Positions 22,986-35,510 of a stretch of 64,000 nt of DNA are shown here, in pieces. Under the pieces are notes generated by a model. That model was not told the origin of the DNA and did no database searches. It saw only the letters and a list, made by a program, of their open reading frames with translations. Source of the stretch: Zancudomyces culisetae HAW-14-8 (lineage: Eukaryota; Fungi; Kickxellomycota). Position 1 is the first letter of the stretch; every line of letters starts with the position of its first letter. The stretch spans positions 2,976,001 through 3,040,000 of the forward strand of contig JBNJNM010000011.1 of the NCBI GenBank assembly GCA_052426225.1, written 5' to 3'. The position numbers were made by a program, and so were the translations under genes.

Positions 22986-24323
22986 TCACTCAAACCCTTC
23001 TTCAGAATCTTCATCAGTCAAATGCTCAGCAACATTTCCTAACTTTGGTAGAGTTACATATACATCAACACCATATCCAGGAAGCGAATGGATAGTTATA
23101 TCACCACCCCAATACTTGGCAAATGTTCTGGACATGGGGAGTCCAAACCCAAATGACGTTAGAGGAGATATATTGACTTCTTCATCGACCTTTGCTTGTT
23201 TTGTTTTTACAGATTCAAAATTTGATAGCAGATTGACCTTTAAAGGAGATCCAAACAACCATACCTGGCTTAACATATCGTTTTCCATTCCTCCTCCACT
23301 ATCTGAGATTCGGATTGTAATATCAGTTTTTGTTGAGCATACTGTAACGATAATAGGATCGAAATTGAACTGTGAGTTGGATTGTAAGTTGGATTGTGAG
23401 TTGGATTGTGTATTATTTTTCAATCCTTTTTTTATAGTTACTCCCATTGCATTTTTAATTATTGCATACATAATATAATCTACATATTCAGGAATACACA
23501 TTATTGTTGTGTCTACAGAACCCTCAATGATTACACGAGGTGCAAACTCTTGTTGCATATTGTATGCCTTCTCAAACGAACGTTGAACTTTGACTGCACA
23601 ATCTTGGATCAAATTTGATATGTTACAGCTAGTATCGACTATTCCTATACGAGTTTGTTCTTTATCATCATCATTCCCTGTATTGTTAGCAATATTGTTA
23701 TTTTTGTTTGTTGCTCCTCCTCCAAGTTCAATAAACTTATTTGTAAGTGCTACTTGCTGCTCTGCAAGAGTTCTTCTTGATATTCTAGTCATCAACATTG
23801 AACTTGCAAACCTTTCTATAAGTGCTGGTTCTACAAGCCCTACACATTCTGCAATTCCTACAACCAAATGCGGAATAACTTTGTAATGCTCATTAACACT
23901 TTCTTGTACAAACTTGCAATACGAAACTACATCTTCAACGGTCTTGATTTCTGGTGCTTTTCTAAAGTCGTCAAAGGCTTTCCAGTATAGATTATATACT
24001 TGAATTAAATGTGAGTTGTTACCACATATGAACGGCATAAACTGAAAATCCTTTATTCTATGAGCCAGCCGTACAGGAAGCTCGGTTCGGACGTAGTTAG
24101 CAGATGCGAGTAATTTCGCCTCGGTAATACTCCTACCATAATGTACCAATTGTCGTACTGTTACTTTTTTGATTTGTTTTCTTGTGTATTCTTCGAGAAT
24201 ATTGTTTGTATAAAACTTTTTTGGAAGGTTTTCTATTGATATTGTTATAAAGTTCCTGGCACCAACCACTGACTTTATGGTGCGACAGAGTTTGGTGGCT
24301 ATTGATTTGTGGGATTTTATCAT
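22986..24323 (-). CDS. Mitochondrial PDK/BCKDK-family kinase, full-length copy
   Basis: 445 aa. Basic presequence-like N-terminus, ELPVRLAHRIKDFQ, RISRRTLAEQ, GHKL ATP-binding boxes. Confidence 0.93.
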   Translation of the reverse strand: MIKSHKSIATKLCRTIKSVVGARNFITISIENLPKKFYTNNILEEYTRKQIKKVTVRQLVHYGRSITEAKLLASANYVRTELPVRLAHRIKDFQFMPFICGNNSHLIQVYNLYWKAFDDFRKAPEIKTVEDVVSYCKFVQESVNEHYKVIPHLVVGIAECVGLVEPALIERFASSMLMTRISRRTLAEQQVALTNKFIELGGGATNKNNNIANNTGNDDDKEQTRIGIVDTSCNISNLIQDCAVKVQRSFEKAYNMQQEFAPRVIIEGSVDTTIMCIPEYVDYIMYAIIKNAMGVTIKKGLKNNTQSNSQSNLQSNSQFNFDPIIVTVCSTKTDITIRISDSGGGMENDMLSQVWLFGSPLKVNLLSNFESVKTKQAKVDEEVNISPLTSFGFGLPMSRTFAKYWGGDITIHSLPGYGVDVYVTLPKLGNVAEHLTDEDSEEGFE

Positions 24324-25004
24324 TTGAGGTTTTTTTTAAAATATTCTATTTAAAATATAATTTACTGTGTATATTTTGGTCTATCCAGTCTGTTACCGTT
24401 TAAATTTGTTATAATAACTCTTATAGTTTAGTGTTAGAAATTATTGAATGAAAAGGTGGAGGAAAAGGGAAAGGAAAAGTAAAAGTAAAAGTGAAAGGAA
24501 ATGGCAAAAATAAAGGGACAAAACCAATAGAAATAAAAATACGCGTAGTTATCATTTGGCTAATTGGTTCTGAGTTTCAAAAGGCTTGTGATAAAAATAC
24601 ACAAATACAACATAATGATAACCATATTTATATATAAACGTTTAGAATGGTACTAGCTTTTGGATATATTTTTGTATTTTCTTGAATACGGTAGGATCAC
24701 TTTTATAAACTTGATTTGAACTGTATATAAATATTGGTTTAAATACCAAATTGTAACATTGTAGTGTTCTATTATATGAATTGTTATATTTTGACATTGG
24801 CTTCATTCTAGATGTTCAACACAAATATCAAAGAAAGCATGATACAAGGTACAAGACACAAGATACAAGACACAAGATACAAGATACAAAATCTATTATC
24901 GTTACAACTATCAACAGGTATATTCTCACAGTATCCGCACAGTATCCTCACAGTATGTTCACTATATCCCCACTATATCCACAGCACCACCGCACGGGTT
25001 TTAT

Positions 25005-25950
25005 TCAAATACTCTTCGAAATCACACCAGATACTTTCAAAAGTCGGTCTGTTAGCTGCTCCAATTCATTTTTACTGCTTTCTACTCTTTTTAAAAGTTC
25101 ACTATTCCTTTGTCTTTGTAACTCCAAATCCTGCTTAAACAATGCTAGTGTTTCGGAAACTGTTTGTGATATTCTGCCATATATTATTTCGTTCGGTGTC
25201 AATACCTGTCTATTCAAATATCACAATATCTGTAATATCGGTATAGTCTGGAAACAACAGAAAATATATATTCAAATAGTTGCACTCTACTTTAATTTTG
25301 TTTCGGTGTACACTTACTCAACAATACTGTCATCTATTTGTGATTTTTGTTTAGCTTCACTAATCATTCTATCAAGCTCTGTAAACTTATTTTCAATGTT
25401 ATGCATCACTAGTATCGATGAGAAATCATCCTATAAACCAATCAACAGTAATATACATTAATACCACGCCTTTACCGCAAAGCAGAAATGTAAACGCTAT
25501 TATAACCACTATCTCTGCCACTTGGTTGGTAAATTATTGCTTTATTTTATATAAACACATTGTATTTGAGTATACTTACCTGAGTGTTCTTCAGTAAATC
25601 TCCACATAGTTCGTTGTGTAAATCTTTTAGATTGTCACCCATTTCTTGGTATAGTTGTGGAAAAATAGTTTTAAAACTTTCATAACTATATTATTCAATT
25701 CAAAAGATATTGTTGTGTTAGTTTAGTTTTTATTTTTTCCAAATGTATAACAGAAGGAGTGAGTGGGGAGGAGGGGGGGAGGGGGGGGTAATTCGCACCC
25801 ATGTTGTATAAAACAGTTTTAAAACAAATACCTGAAACTCTGAAGCACTTTGTCCATAGATCGATTAAGAACCGTTAGCAGTTTCTTCATTCTCAGATTT
25901 TCCACTGTTTCGGTGATCGAAGTGTCATTTCCAACGAGGTCTGTTTCCAT
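25005..25950 (-). CDS. NNF1: Kinetochore MIND/Mis12 complex subunit Nnf1/PMF1-like, 4 exons
   Basis: Spliced: METDLVG..LRMKKLLTVLNRSMDKVL / SYESFKTIFPQL / DDFSSILVMHNIENKFTELDRMISEAK / LTPNEII plus a coiled-coil tail. Confidence 0.75.
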
Positions 25951-26589
25951 ATTTGTACAGTGTTAATTGTTAGTTGTTGGAGTAAAAGTAAGTTGGAGTG
26001 AAAGTAAGTTGATTACAAAAAGTGTTATATTTTTTTTTGTGTTTGGTAGTTCAGATGTCTAACTCGGTATATTTATTTGCACTTTTTTCTTTTCCATTAT
26101 GTGAATCAAAATCAATAATACCCTGCGAATAGAATGTCACCAATTGACCACCATTGGTCAGAATTATCGTTTATTGCTTACATTTACTACTCACTAATTA
26201 TATTGGTTTCAACTTTTATTGTCTCTCCATAAACCTTCTACCAATTCACCAACTCTTCATTATGGTATATTCAATGTTTATACTCTTATAATTAATCGTT
26301 TTTACTTTAAATACCAATACATCACATACATACATATAAGAATCACTATTCTACAAAAAAAAAAGTATAAATAATTCCAAATTCCAATAATGATGTTTAT
26401 TTTCTTGAATTTTGCTGCATTTTCCATATAATTAGTTCAACTGTATAATCACCCTTAGTCCTAATATTTCAGCATTCTAAAATATCAATACGCGTGAACT
26501 GCATATCTGTGGATATATTAGACTAATAATTTAATAATCATACACCCACTATTACCTTCTCTACTCACTAATGTATAGATCTTCATCAT

Positions 26590-28597
26590 TTATATTGACT
26601 CGCATCTCTGTGTATTGTTGTACGCTTCCATAATCCTAGCTATGTCAAATTGAAATCCGGTTGGGTTGTTGGTTTTAGTTTTATTCTCGCCGCTGCTACC
26701 ATTTCCATCGTTACCGTTGTTGTTATTGTTTTCGTTATAAACCCGCCCATTGCTTAAACCACACATCCCATTGTTCAAATAGCCGTTTTTTCCTTCTCCT
26801 TTGATGTTCAATATTGGGCTTGGTTTGAATAATCCTATTGTACCTCGAGTATGGTTAGGTGTTTTGACCTTGTCTACTTTTTCTACTTTTTCTACTTTTT
26901 CTGCCCTGCCTGCTTTGTCTAATACATATTTTATATCAATTATTTCAGCTAACCATCATGCTACTTAAATATCTCTCATGACAATTTCTACTTGTATTTC
27001 GTCGAAACTGCAAAATATCATTTAAATGTTTGCCTTAAATAACAACTTTGCCATACCTTTTTGTAATGTGGCCGCTCCTACACTTTTAAAAAAGTCTTGG
27101 GTATTCATTTTGTTTGAATTTGGGTGTTGTGATCCATTCCCTATCGACTTTGTCATACTTCCTGCTCCTACTGATCCAGTTCTGGGTATATTAGTTGGTT
27201 TGTGCTGCTTTGTTTGACCTGGTGGTGTGGTTTTGTTTGATAGCTTTCTCAAAACATAGTGATAAAGAGGCCTACATCATAAACAAATAAATCAAGTATT
27301 CATCCACATAATAGCATTATATATTACACACAGTATATCTCTCGTCATAAACAATGTTGTTCTTACAGTATAAATGGCTTTACAAAAAACAGCATCGACT
27401 CTTTAAGATCCCCTTCATCTCTTATTCTGTCTGGTCGATTAACCGCCAACAATTCCATTATAGATACCCATTTTATTTGGCTAATCTCTTTTCGTGTTTT
27501 AGTTTTGAATTCTGTACTTTCTGGAATTCCTGTGATATAATAGAGCCGTATACGATGTTTTGCTACATTTCTTTCAATGTATTCATTATCTTTTAAATAA
27601 GGTCCAATATCAAAGCCTACTTCCTCCATTGTTTCCCTTTTGGCACAATCTTTTTCTGTTTCATCTTTATTGATTTTCCCTTGTGGAAAACTCCAACCTG
27701 ATCTTGAGTGCCAACCTTTTACCAGTATTACCTATTTATGTATACATGATTTTATATCGGTGTATATGTTTCCTTTATTTTCTTTATTTCTTTTATTTTC
27801 TTTATTTCTTTTATTTTCTTTATTTCTTTTATTTTCTTTATTTTCTTTATTTCCTTTAAATTATGTTCATATCGTTTTGTTTTGTGACTTTTCGATATTA
27901 TTCGATATAATTTTCTATTTCTACTTTTCCTTTCTAACCTTTCCCCCTCAATTTCCGTCTTCTTACCTTATTCATACTCTCATTAAATATTATCGACCCA
28001 CAAGCAGGAACTTTGAATTTGTAGTTCAAAAACGACTGATATACTTCAGAAGGGTTCAGCCTTAATTGATTTAATGCTGGATTCTGTTGTAACATTATTG
28101 CTGCAAAGTTCTTTAATGACATTGATTGTAAATTAGGATTCTGTTCAACTATGAAGTCTTCATAAAACCAGTGGGCTTCTTCGATCTGAAAAAATATCCG
28201 CTCTATCGTTGAAAGCTCTTCTCTTGGAATGTTTATGATGAATCGACTATTGTTTGCAATATAATGATAATGGTGATAAAAATGATAGTGGTGATAAAAA
28301 TGATAATGGCGATAAAAATGATAATAATAATAAGACTGATAAGAATATAAGAAAAAACGTAAGAATAGAATAAATGCAAGGATGCGTGTTTATCTCACTT
28401 TTGCTTTTTTCGTTGCTCTTTTTTTTTGAATTTTTCACTTTAAAATTAGTGCGGACGTTGTATTCTACTCTTACCCCTCTTTCCCCTCTTTCCCCTCCCC
28501 TTATGATAGTAACTGTTTTTTTTACTTACGTAGATAAATCGTCAATGACCTCCTGCATGTCACCATAATTCGTTGCTGATGTTTGTGGTATTTCCAT
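26590..28597 (-). CDS. DCP2: mRNA decapping enzyme Dcp2 (Box A plus Nudix), about 5 exons
   Basis: RFIINIPREEL..ERIFFQIEEAHWFYEDF, YKFKVPACG, WSFPQGKINKDE..CAKRETMEEVGFD. The last exon ends FQFDIARIMEAY..CESI*. Confidence 0.92.
27773..27852. repeat. Intronic pyrimidine-rich (TTTATTT(T)C)n repeat
   Basis: Tandem ~9-bp units inside a DCP2 intron. Confidence 0.8.
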
Positions 28598-30071
28598 TTC
28601 GCGGTAAAATATATCTGATTTATAAAGTATACTGGAAAAACTGTAAACAAAATGAAGGCTAGGCCCCTGTTGTTCCGTTTCGGCTGATTATTTTTTTGGA
28701 TGTGGTAATTTACCCCCTGTAACCACTTGTAGTATGTTTAATTCTCAACAGAAAAGTGGATTTTAAATAATGATATTTTGTTTGTAAAAGCAATATTTCA
28801 AATAATAATTTATTGGGGGATTGAGTTTTTATATGCTGGAATTTATTTTGTTTCATTTTCTTATTTTACACCTCTCAATTATTTGTGTTTATGAACTACA
28901 AATTCTGAATACTCGTAAAATCGAAATACAAAACAATTGTGTAAGGCTACAAATAATCAGTATCAGCAATCCCACAGATGTTGTATATACACGCACTTAA
29001 AATAACAGCTAGTATGTATTCAAACTCTATTAAAATATATCACAGTCTTTTTTTAGAGGAAAACCAAACTGATTCATATTCATCCTTTTTATTTTATTTA
29101 AATCAACACTTTTCAACTTTATATCTCCTAGTTCGCCTCGTTTTTAGAACCTTTTTGTGATTTTTTCATCTAATTGCCTTTTTAAGTGTAAATATTATTC
29201 ATGGGATGATTATTCCACTATATATATACACTACATCCACCCCTTTAGGTTCATTCCATAAATATGTTTTCTACCTTTTAATATTTTACCAACATAAACT
29301 ATTCTAACACCTTGTCTACCCTTTACATTTAGTAGCCATTTCTTACTTTCGATACTTAAGTTTTAATAAACATATCAACGTTTTTAATTCTTTTTTGTAC
29401 TAGATATCTTTTTTTCCTTTTTCCTGTTGCTTTTGGTATAGCTCACTATCCAAGATATTTCAAATAGCTTCTTACTATATCATTTCGGTCCGACATATTT
29501 ATTTCTTGGTTTTAGTGAACCCAATATTATAATCAAAGCTTTTCTATAGCAATCAAAGTTTGTACTATAATATCCACACCTTTTATATTATATGGTTATA
29601 CACACTTTGTAAGGTTAGTTGGCTACCCCTAATATTATGCTTATGTTTTGCATTTATATTACGATTTGATATCCACTAAACCTGGTATGCTTTATTCCTC
29701 GGCATCACACGTACTACCCCCCCCCCCTTTTTTTCTGTAATTCGTTCGTCTAGTCGGTACTTTCACCTTTGATAGCTTTCAAAACTATTTTGTGTTTTGG
29801 TACTTTATTTGTATTCTATTGTGCCACAAACAGAAAAAAGATATATCACATTCTGATCCATCTTTGTGTTCTTTCACAATTATATTTTTTTTATAGTTTT
29901 ACAATTCCTCCTGGTTGGCTTATGACAAAGAAGATATTCTTTTGCCGTTATAGCTTGCACACTACATCCATCTCATTAATCAAAGTGTTATAATTTGACT
30001 TTATTAAGGCAGTTTTTTTTTTGTATCTCTAGTTGAAAAGAATTAGAAATATTTCTGTCCAAGCCCTATGG

Positions 30072-30900
30072 TTACTGAATGTATTTGCTTCTTTCAATAA
30101 GCATCCACACGATACTTGTTGCTACAATATCATTTTTGTTGGGGTTTGGTTAGTTATTGCAGGGCAAATAAGATCATATTTAAAGCGGGTTAAGTTTTGA
30201 ATGTAGAAAATATATCAAAAAAACTAGGAATCGGTTATCGAGGCCAGATTCTGAAGGTTTTTATAAAATTTTTGGGTGTTTACCTGCGAAAAAGAATGTA
30301 CTAAGCACTGATCCGACAATTTTTGTAGTCTTGAATATAAATATTTCGGACAAGAAGTGGGCACCAGCAATCATGTATGAGGAAAGGGTAATGTCGTACA
30401 GTCTACGTTGGTTTTAAATTAAGTGTACAGGGTACGTGTATTATCAATATTTGTCCTGTCAATGCCTATAAGTATAATTAGCTATGTTCATGAAAACATT
30501 TAAAGGCGAAAAATACATACACTTCATTGTTCATATTGAAAGCACATTTGTATCTGACTACGGCTGAAAGTAAAGTCCACGCAGCAAATATATGCGAGCT
30601 AAGCGGCGTAACTAGTTAAAAGGTTGTATTCATGGTGGAATATGTTAGCTTTGTTTTCGTTATTTGAAGAATTATTTTATGAATGGGAGTATGCAAATCA
30701 AAGTGAATAAATCTTTCAACAATAAGATATCGCAACAGTGAAGTAAATGGAATTGTAGACTCACCTTGTTTGTTTTTGCCATTATAGATCATGTTTGGCA
30801 ATTTCAGGGGTGCAACCATGCACTGAGCCGAATTGAAGATCGATAGAACGGAAGTAAACCATATGAATTTAGGCAAGGCGCCAACAGGCAGGAATGACAT
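30072..30900 (-). CDS. ERG28: Ergosterol biosynthesis scaffold Erg28, 4 exons
   Basis: LPKFIWFTSVLSIFNSAQC / VTPLSSHIFAAWTLLSAVVRY / AGAHFLSEIFIFKT / SIVWMLIERSKYIQ*. Confidence 0.9.
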
Positions 30901-31264
30901 TTTTATATAATTGAAGAGAGATTTGCTAGGCTAACTCAAGATTTGAAAAATATTCCTGGCCCAAAATCCCAAGTTTGCTTTTTTAACAGAATCAGATTAT
31001 TTCGAGTTATTTTGATAGTAGAATTTATGAAGAGAAGTGTCTGAAACTTGTTTGGTCGCCGGAAATTCAATCCTCCATACAGATGACTTGTTACAATCTT
31101 TGTTTTTGAATAATCGAATCACTTATTTTGATCATCTTTGTGCTAGGATATTTTTCTGGGCACCTAAACGATAATGTAAAGCTGAGTACGCATTTGCTAA
31201 AAATAAAACGCCATTCCACGCTATACAGCTAAAGTAGGATTTAATGAGGATATTCTGAGAGCAT

Positions 31265-31560
31265 TCCTGCGTGTGCCTCAGCTTTTTGTAAGTAAACTAA
31301 ATAAAACGCAGTCGATGTTTGCAAACTTCAAGAAACAGGGTACTACATCCATGAAACTGAGGATGGTCACGAAGAACGACACATCCAGGTTCACAATAAT
31401 GTGACACGATATTTGCAAATAGTGGGTGGATGATGGCACCATGGAATAGCATATGTGCTATAAATGCTATTTTTTGAGTTACCACCTGTACTATTATGTG
31501 TGTTTGCGAAATACATAGCTGCTCCACCATTTACTCGCTCGTAATGCACAGTTTCTAAAA
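31265..31560 (+). mobile_element. Possible Ty3/gypsy integrase N-terminal relic
   Basis: LRVP.., IHETEDGH (HHCC H..GH), CD..CK, APWNSICA..ELPP (PWxxIxxDxxxxLP) and TIMCVCE, in order. Confidence 0.45.
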
Positions 31561-32038
31561 AACACAAGGACATTGATGCAGAGTTATATTTATCAGCAAT
31601 ATATAATCATTTCAACCCTCAATTCTCAACCATCAACCCTCAACCCTCAGTCCACTACAATCCCCTTTGCCACAGTATTACAAAAAAAAGAGAGAATTCC
31701 ATTCTTGTACTTGTCATTAGTTGAAAAGCCCATCAATTTAAAATGGAATATGGTGAGAAGCAATAACATATATATACTGTCCAATTAACAGGGGGTTATT
31801 ATAAAATTCAATTAGAATTAGCGTAAATGATTTGTGGTTGGGATTTAAAGTAAACAATAAGTACCAGATTTACCGAGTATTAACAAAAAGCCCCAGAAAA
31901 AAATTTTTTTTTCCATACAATGCGCAAGTAAGGAAAATTAAAAGCTGGACTAATATTTTAACATTTGGATTTTTTACATTAGAACTCATAGAAAAATCTT
32001 TTATAGGAGGAAAAAAGCTTAGAATTCCAATAACCAAA

Positions 32039-32925
32039 ATGTCTGAAGCAGAAAAAGTAATAAATGAGGTAAGTAGTAGATGTTACCGCTCTATATAGAT
32101 TTTTACTAACTTTCGTAGCCGAAATCCAATGAGCCCGATTTTAAATTGCTCTCACCCTAAAAAGCCATCAATTCAATTAAAAAATCACAAAAACATGGAA
32201 TAATAGGAGGAGGTTGTCGAGAGCCCCGACGTTCATTTCGAACCAGTCATTAAACTCAAGGAGGTAGAGGTCAAGACCCTCGAAGAAGATGAAGAAACCC
32301 TTTTTAAAATGTAAATTCTTTACTCCATTTGCAATAACAAATTAATTTAGAGTTATCTACAACGTGCCCAAAGATAACAAAATGTGCTTTTTTTGTCAAT
32401 AGGAGGGCCAAACTCTTCCGTTTCGATACTGATGCCAATGAATGGAAGGAGCGCGGTACAGGTGATGTAAAGCTTTTGAAACACAAGGAAACCAAGAAGA
32501 TCCGTGTTTTGATGCGCCGTGATAAAACATTGAAAGTGTGTGCCAACCACTACAGTAAGTTAATTGGCGTTAAATCTACTTTACGTGATTTTATTACCCT
32601 GAAAACCAAGAAAAAATAACCCTTTCAAATATTAATACTAAACCTAAAAAAACACTTTAATATTCTAGTAACCGATGATATGAACCTAACAGCCAATGTT
32701 GGTTCAGACCGCTCATGGGTTTGGAATGTTGCTGCTGATGTTTCAGATGGTGAACCAGAACATCAAATGTTGGCTATAAGATTCGCCAACTCTGAAAACG
32801 CAAACAAGTTTAAAGAAGCATTCGAAGATGCCAGAACCAGCAACTCTAAGCTTGCATCCGCAACCAGCGAGAAGAAGGCCTCTGAGGAGTCTAAGAAGGA
32901 AGATGATGCGTCCGAATCTAAATAA
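32039..32925 (+). CDS. YRB1: Ran-binding protein 1, 4 exons
   Basis: [71 protein letters not shown]. Confidence 0.96.
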
Positions 32926-33787
32926 ACTTTTTGTTTTTTCTAACTGATATATACCCACATGAATAAACTTACACTGCTCTTTTTATTGTATTGCATTGTA
33001 TTATTTCGCTTTAATTCACGCTTTCCTTGGCCTTTGGCACATCCCTGTATTTGTGTATTGCATGTTCAAATCGCTGCCCTAATGACGTGCATCTCAAATG
33101 GATTAATTAATAATATGACATTTGCTTGCCACACCTACTCTTTTCCAGTTATGTGTTTATGTGTTTGGCCAAGATATTACTTCAGAGTGGGTTTTTCTAA
33201 ACCAGCTCGTGTAACTATGAGATTTTTCATGTTACACTCGCGGTCCAGGTTGGTGGTCAGGGAACAAGAGAATAAAGACGTTTTACTGGTTTATCAGGAT
33301 ATTTTGTGATGTTTATTTATGCTCGAAAAAACAAATTGCTAATATTTTTTAGTAAAATATTTTCCACTTCCATATTCTAGTTATTTGCCTAAATAACTGT
33401 TTTAGAGTAACAACCACCCGAGTACATTCGATCGAATTTCGATTAAAGCTATGTTAACAAGACATCAGACAACAAGCGAATATTTTTAATACGAGTAATT
33501 GAGAATAAATAAGAAAAGAAGTAACATTTGAGCTCTGACAGGAAGGGTAAAGTTATAAATCTAGAGATCGTGGGAGCACAAAGGGTAGTATACTGTATCT
33601 ATAGAACTCTTACGTTTTACTCGTTACAGTCAACCACCACCGTTTATTGAATTTTATAGGTAACTATACAAGGTGAATAGTACTAAACGGCAAATACCAG
33701 GAAGACACCAAAAATAGCTATCCTTGCCTTTTGTTGCTAGCAAAAACACATTTCAAGGTATATTAAAATAAGAATACAGAAAAAGTT

Positions 33788-34459
33788 ATGGATACAATAA
33801 TTCAAACGGACAACTTCAAAACGGTTTCGTTGACCATTTCTAAACACAGGTTTCATTACTTCAAGATAAGAGTGTAAGTAGCTGTGTTTTCGATAGCAGC
33901 ACGTGGTAAAACTACATAAAAGTCTATTATAAAAACATGCTTGTTGTTTACTTTATCCCAACCTCCTCCTTTACTCTTTTTTTTTTCTAACAAGATATTG
34001 GAGGAGGAGGGTTTTAATGTTAAGTTAAAGTGACCAAGTTCTTAAATCATATGATAGAGTGGCGAAAACGTCGCAGCAAGTCCCAACGGAAAAAATCTCG
34101 CTAGAGCCGCTATCTTTTCGGGCATTGATCTCTCAGGCTTTGGAGGTTATTCATGGAGTACTTGGGTCAGGGATTAATGTTGATGTTTTACAGTACAACA
34201 AAGATTTGTCAACTGGTATTATCAGAGTACCGCAAAGGTTTGTCGAGTTGTTGTTTTAGCTGCATGATTTATTTACAGTATATAGAGCTGTAGATTAAAA
34301 CGTAATTTTATTGGAATTTACATTGATAGTGAGTACGAAAAGGTGTGGCAGTCGCTTACAATGTTTCGCTCGAAAATTACTGATCGTGATGTCAAGTTCG
34401 AGGTTCTTGCCAACTCAGTTACGATCCTTGGTTTGTCTCACTCTACCAGAGCACACTAA
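33788..34459 (+). CDS. RNase P/MRP subunit of the Pop8/Rpp14 family, 3 exons
   Basis: HYFKIRV / FRALISQALEVIHGVLGSGINVDVL..GIIRVPQ / SEYEKVWQSLT. GT-AG introns preserve the frame. Confidence 0.75.
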
Positions 34460-34699
34460 ACTGTTTATATATCCGGGGATCGGACAAGGACCAATAAGAT
34501 GATAAAACTTCTAAGGGACAACTGTAGTGCCTCTTCTCGCAAAAAAAAAAAACAGATTGTATCCCATCCTCATAGCAATCACCGATTGAAATCAACTTAG
34601 TGGATCAAGTACTGTTTTTACTACATTCTGGACAAACTGCGCTTTTTTTTTTGTAACCCTATTTATGGCCAGCGAAGCATAATATCCTTCATGTAGACC

Positions 34700-35510
34700 A
34701 TTTTTCCTGAACAGATTCATCACTTATTCACCAATAATACTCTTCCGTTCTGCTTTTTGCGCTTTCTCTCAAGCAAAGTGATCTATAGCTCCCGCTGAGA
34801 CCGATAAAATGCCCCACAATCAAATAAACAACCCACAAACAACCCACCTGGTAATCACCACTATATCAGGATTTTGATTTCTGGGATACTGTCAGGGATA
34901 TTTTTATTTGTACATGGTTTGGTTTACTGCTGCGTAATACCTTAGTAATATTCTGAAATACACAGGATTGGTTATTTGACTATTGAACGCATCTTGCAGA
35001 CATCTACTTTGAAGGGACCCAAAGTTTGTAATTTGCATGGTGAACCGTTAAGAACATTTTGTATTAGCATAGTTCTAATACTCTTTTAATTATAAAGTGA
35101 AATCCATATTCTGTTTTTTATCTTAATCAACAGTAGTTCGCTCTCTGTATAGCCGAATCCAATCCTAGATCACCAGAAACTAATCATACTTTTCTATGCA
35201 TTTGTATCTACTTTATAACATGGGTGATCCAATAAAAAAAAAGTTGCGATAAAGCCAGTACCTGACCCAAAGGAGCTTCTAAAATTTTCCAAAAGAAGCT
35301 CGTTGTATGATTGCCATAACTTTGAATAGCTCTAGATGAGTACAATTATCATGAAATATATGACCTAGCTTTACCACAGAGAATATCTTTAAAAGAATAG
35401 TTGGGTGCGCCTTTTATCATTTTTTTCGAATAACAAGGACCTGCAGCCGAGCCAACCTGTGATACGTTACCAATTCTAGTTATCAGGGATGAATAGGTGT
35501 ATGTTTAAGA
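34700..35510 (-). mobile_element. Ty3/gypsy integrase C-terminal (GPF/Y) relic, possibly with chromodomain remnant
   Basis: Minus-strand order: HTPIHP (YHPQ-like), SYN, TG..F..HP, NGSPCKLQTLGPFKV, TNPVYFRILLRYY (HPVFHVSLLKPY-like). Confidence 0.5.

Larger units (their letters stand above)
19697..23956 (-). repeat. Right arm of the large inverted repeat
   Basis: Reverse complement of 1-4229 with about two dozen substitutions, one 1-bp indel and two microsatellite length differences (by-eye comparison). Confidence 0.97.

Noticed and set aside
25572-25582. ATACTTACCTG, identical to the 5' end of U1 snRNA
   Set aside because: It is the reverse complement of a perfect CAG/GTAAGTAT donor site of the NNF1 gene; no U1 body follows.
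29215-29540. Possible gypsy 3' end on the minus strand (KYVGP, purine tract followed by TGTAGTG)
   Set aside because: Too few motifs and no second LTR, so not distinguishable from chance.
31320-31465. In-frame TGA as a possible selenocysteine codon
   Set aside because: No selenoprotein-family context or SECIS recognised; the region is better explained as an integrase relic. No recognised gene in the window needs TGA read-through.
33180-33450. FCDVYL..LLIFFSK, reminiscent of gypsy RT
   Set aside because: Only one or two weak motifs, so left uncalled.
33924-33940. 17-nt match CTATTATAAAAACATGC to the reverse complement of about 16163-16179
   Set aside because: AT-rich and not extendable; expected by chance in a window of this size.
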